Source: Prochlorococcus sp. AG-412-I05 (lineage in GTDB: Bacteria > Cyanobacteriota > Cyanobacteriia > PCC-6307 > Cyanobiaceae). Taken from it: a stretch of DNA of 64,000 nucleotides. The stretch covers positions 2,211 to 66,210 of the forward strand of contig QCLC01000005.1 of NCBI GenBank assembly GCA_003214855.1. Reading direction: 5' to 3'. The translations under genes and the position numbers were made by a program. Positions 62,202 through 64,000 of this stretch are shown here, piece by piece. The first letter of the stretch is position 1. The number at the start of each line of letters is the position of its first letter. The notes beneath the pieces are model-generated. The model made no database searches. It saw nothing but the letters and a program-made list of their open reading frames with translations, and was not told the origin of the DNA.

Positions 62202-63523
62202 ACCCATTAGGGGAATCAGGCTTGCCTTCAGTCCTGAATATTTGCCAAAAGTTAGCAATATATTTTTAAATCAACTCAATACAACCGCAATCAATTTCGC
62301 ATAATTGATATTACCTACTTAAAAGATTCTCTCCCTATAGCTTATGCAAATTACAATACTATTTGCATTATTCAATTCACCATGCATGTGGCACTAGGAT
62401 ATTTAAAGTCGGCAGGCGATCTAGTCTTGTAGGCATCTTTAGTTTTATCACTAGTATCCCATCCCAGAAATGAGCACGTAATTTCGCTGGAACTTCTCTA
62501 AGAATCAAACAGCGATTCTGCCACAGTAGAATGGAGCTCAACTCTTTTGCAATGATCAGAAGTCCCGGATATGAGCGATCAGCTATTTGACAGTCAAGAA
62601 GCTCGCTGATCAATAATCTAAAACCACTGTTACAATTGATAGAGTGATGAAAGTTAAAAGTAGCGTGGATACAAGAAGCTTGGGTGGGCCTTAATTACAA
62701 TCAGGCTTTTTGATTGGTACACTTACTGCAAAAGCAATTGTGAGCTATCTGCCCAACTCCAACTGGAGAGGTACTTCCTTATCAATACGCCTCAGCAAGC
62801 CAAGGAACTGCTAGGCATGATAAAAAACTATAAAAACCTGACAAGGAGCAGGTGCAAATAATTGATAACTTATAGCCTATTTTTGTTCCACTAAGTAATC
62901 AGACGAGTGAAGCAGGCTGTTTTCATGGCTAATGCCCCCAGAGATCCTCTTCCCGCCAAGCTAGTTGCATCCGCCTAATGTCTAAGGGTCCGGTGTTCCC
63001 TTCGCCCAATTGGGAGGTGATGCTTGGACCCAACAAATGTGTTCAGCTGCGATCACACGGAAAATGCAAAGGGTCTTTGCCTACTCAAGTTTGTGACTTT
63101 GACAGGGCGAAGATAAATTCTGTTGCACTGGCCCACCATCGGAAAGGCGAAGGGCTCGGAAATCAGGAAAGGCGTCAGTTGGTTCAGAACAGCCATATGA
63201 TAGCCACGTAAACATAGACTTCTAGTGTCCGTTTGAGCCTTTTAAGATTCCTAAGACTTCATCATGCCACATTGTTATCAACAGACGCAGCTTATCCAAA
63301 GCAATACATATATTATATTAAAGAGATCTGCCAGGGTTTTATATGGGCGATTAGCATTTGAACTTGCAAATGTTCTGTTTTGGTGAGTGGCGGGTGCATT
63401 GCATGGCGACACCCCATGCCCAGGCTGACCTGACGTGAAGACCCATTCAAATTGGTCTAGCCTCCAAAGGCCACTTCATTCAATACATGCAATAGTTTAA
63501 TTCATCAAAATCAAATCCAATGA

Positions 63524-64000
63524 ATGAGACCAGTTACAATGGAAACTAAGGTTTATTCGGAAAGAGCTCAGCGCGGTTCACCTCTAAGGCTATCGACACT
63601 AGCCAGAACGGATTTCAGCAATAACTACCTATTAAGAAGAAATTTAATCCTATTTCTTCTTATCTTCTATCCAATCATTACAAGATCAGTCATTAGCCAA
63701 GCAGTAGGTCAAATTAGCGATCGTGACCATGTTACTATTGCATACGCAGCAATACTGTTCCCCTACATTCTCCTTTCAGGATTTTATTTAAGTAAAATAG
63801 TCTTACACAAAGACAATATTCTTGCAATCTCTTCATTGCTTGTATTTTTAGCGACTTTTTCAGGGTTAATTATTGGCTTCCTAAACGGTTGGCAAATCAG
63901 AGACATCATAGGTGATACAGTAAGATTCATTGCTCCTTTCCTGTCGTTTGCACTATTTTCGCTACTTTTCAATAATTTAACAGCGAAGGCCTTAGGGCGG
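63524..64000 (+). CDS. Polytopic membrane protein, possible O-antigen polymerase/ligase (Wzy-like); runs off the window
   Basis: Hand translation from ATG 63524/63539 is open to the window end, with several hydrophobic segments (NLILFLLIFYPII, IAYAAILFPYILLSGFYL, ILAISSLLVFLATFSGLIIGFL, FIAPFLSFALFSLLF). Confidence 0.6.
   Translation, partial: MRPVTMETKVYSERAQRGSPLRLSTLARTDFSNNYLLRRNLILFLLIFYPIITRSVISQAVGQISDRDHVTIAYAAILFPYILLSGFYLSKIVLHKDNILAISSLLVFLATFSGLIIGFLNGWQIRDIIGDTVRFIAPFLSFALFSLLFNNLTAKALGR

Noticed and set aside
62202-63523. Possible IS or pseudogene debris in the 1.3-kb gap before the Wzy-like gene
   Set aside because: I could not recognise a protein family or terminal repeats by eye; BLASTx is needed.

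Overview
This 64-kb window is almost entirely a cell-surface polysaccharide (LPS O-antigen/capsule/EPS) island. The wza/wzc types and IS481 relics suggest a picocyanobacterium (Synechococcus/Cyanobium-like); that assignment is an inference. The left end holds GT2, TPR, TPR-GT4 and GT4 genes, then a minus-strand export operon (wza, wzc, putative outer-membrane beta-barrel). From 13.7 kb onward a long plus-strand array is built from modules: (1) StrB1-like amidinotransferase + SAM methyltransferase + polysaccharide deacetylase; (2) a legionaminic-acid-type pathway whose first half is intact and whose second half (formyltransferases, legI, legG, PIG-L) is decayed; (3) an ABC flippase; (4) a KdnB/KdnA + SpsF + second NeuB + DUF4910 + formyltransferase + B12 radical SAM module; (5) an HpcH aldolase + KdsB + Gfo/Idh/MocA + AroB-like sugar-phosphate cyclase + 2-hydroxyacid dehydrogenase module; (6) CDP-sugar genes with a decayed rfbF, then GT2, a deacetylase, a DegT-FemAB fusion and a partial Wzy-like gene. 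I read several pseudogenes and IS relics by hand that the ORF track misses. The most novel candidates are a guanidino (amidino) modification of a surface glycan and a CMP-activated carbocyclic/ulosonate sugar pathway. I saw no rRNA, tRNA or CRISPR array. Family calls come from recognised motifs, not database searches.
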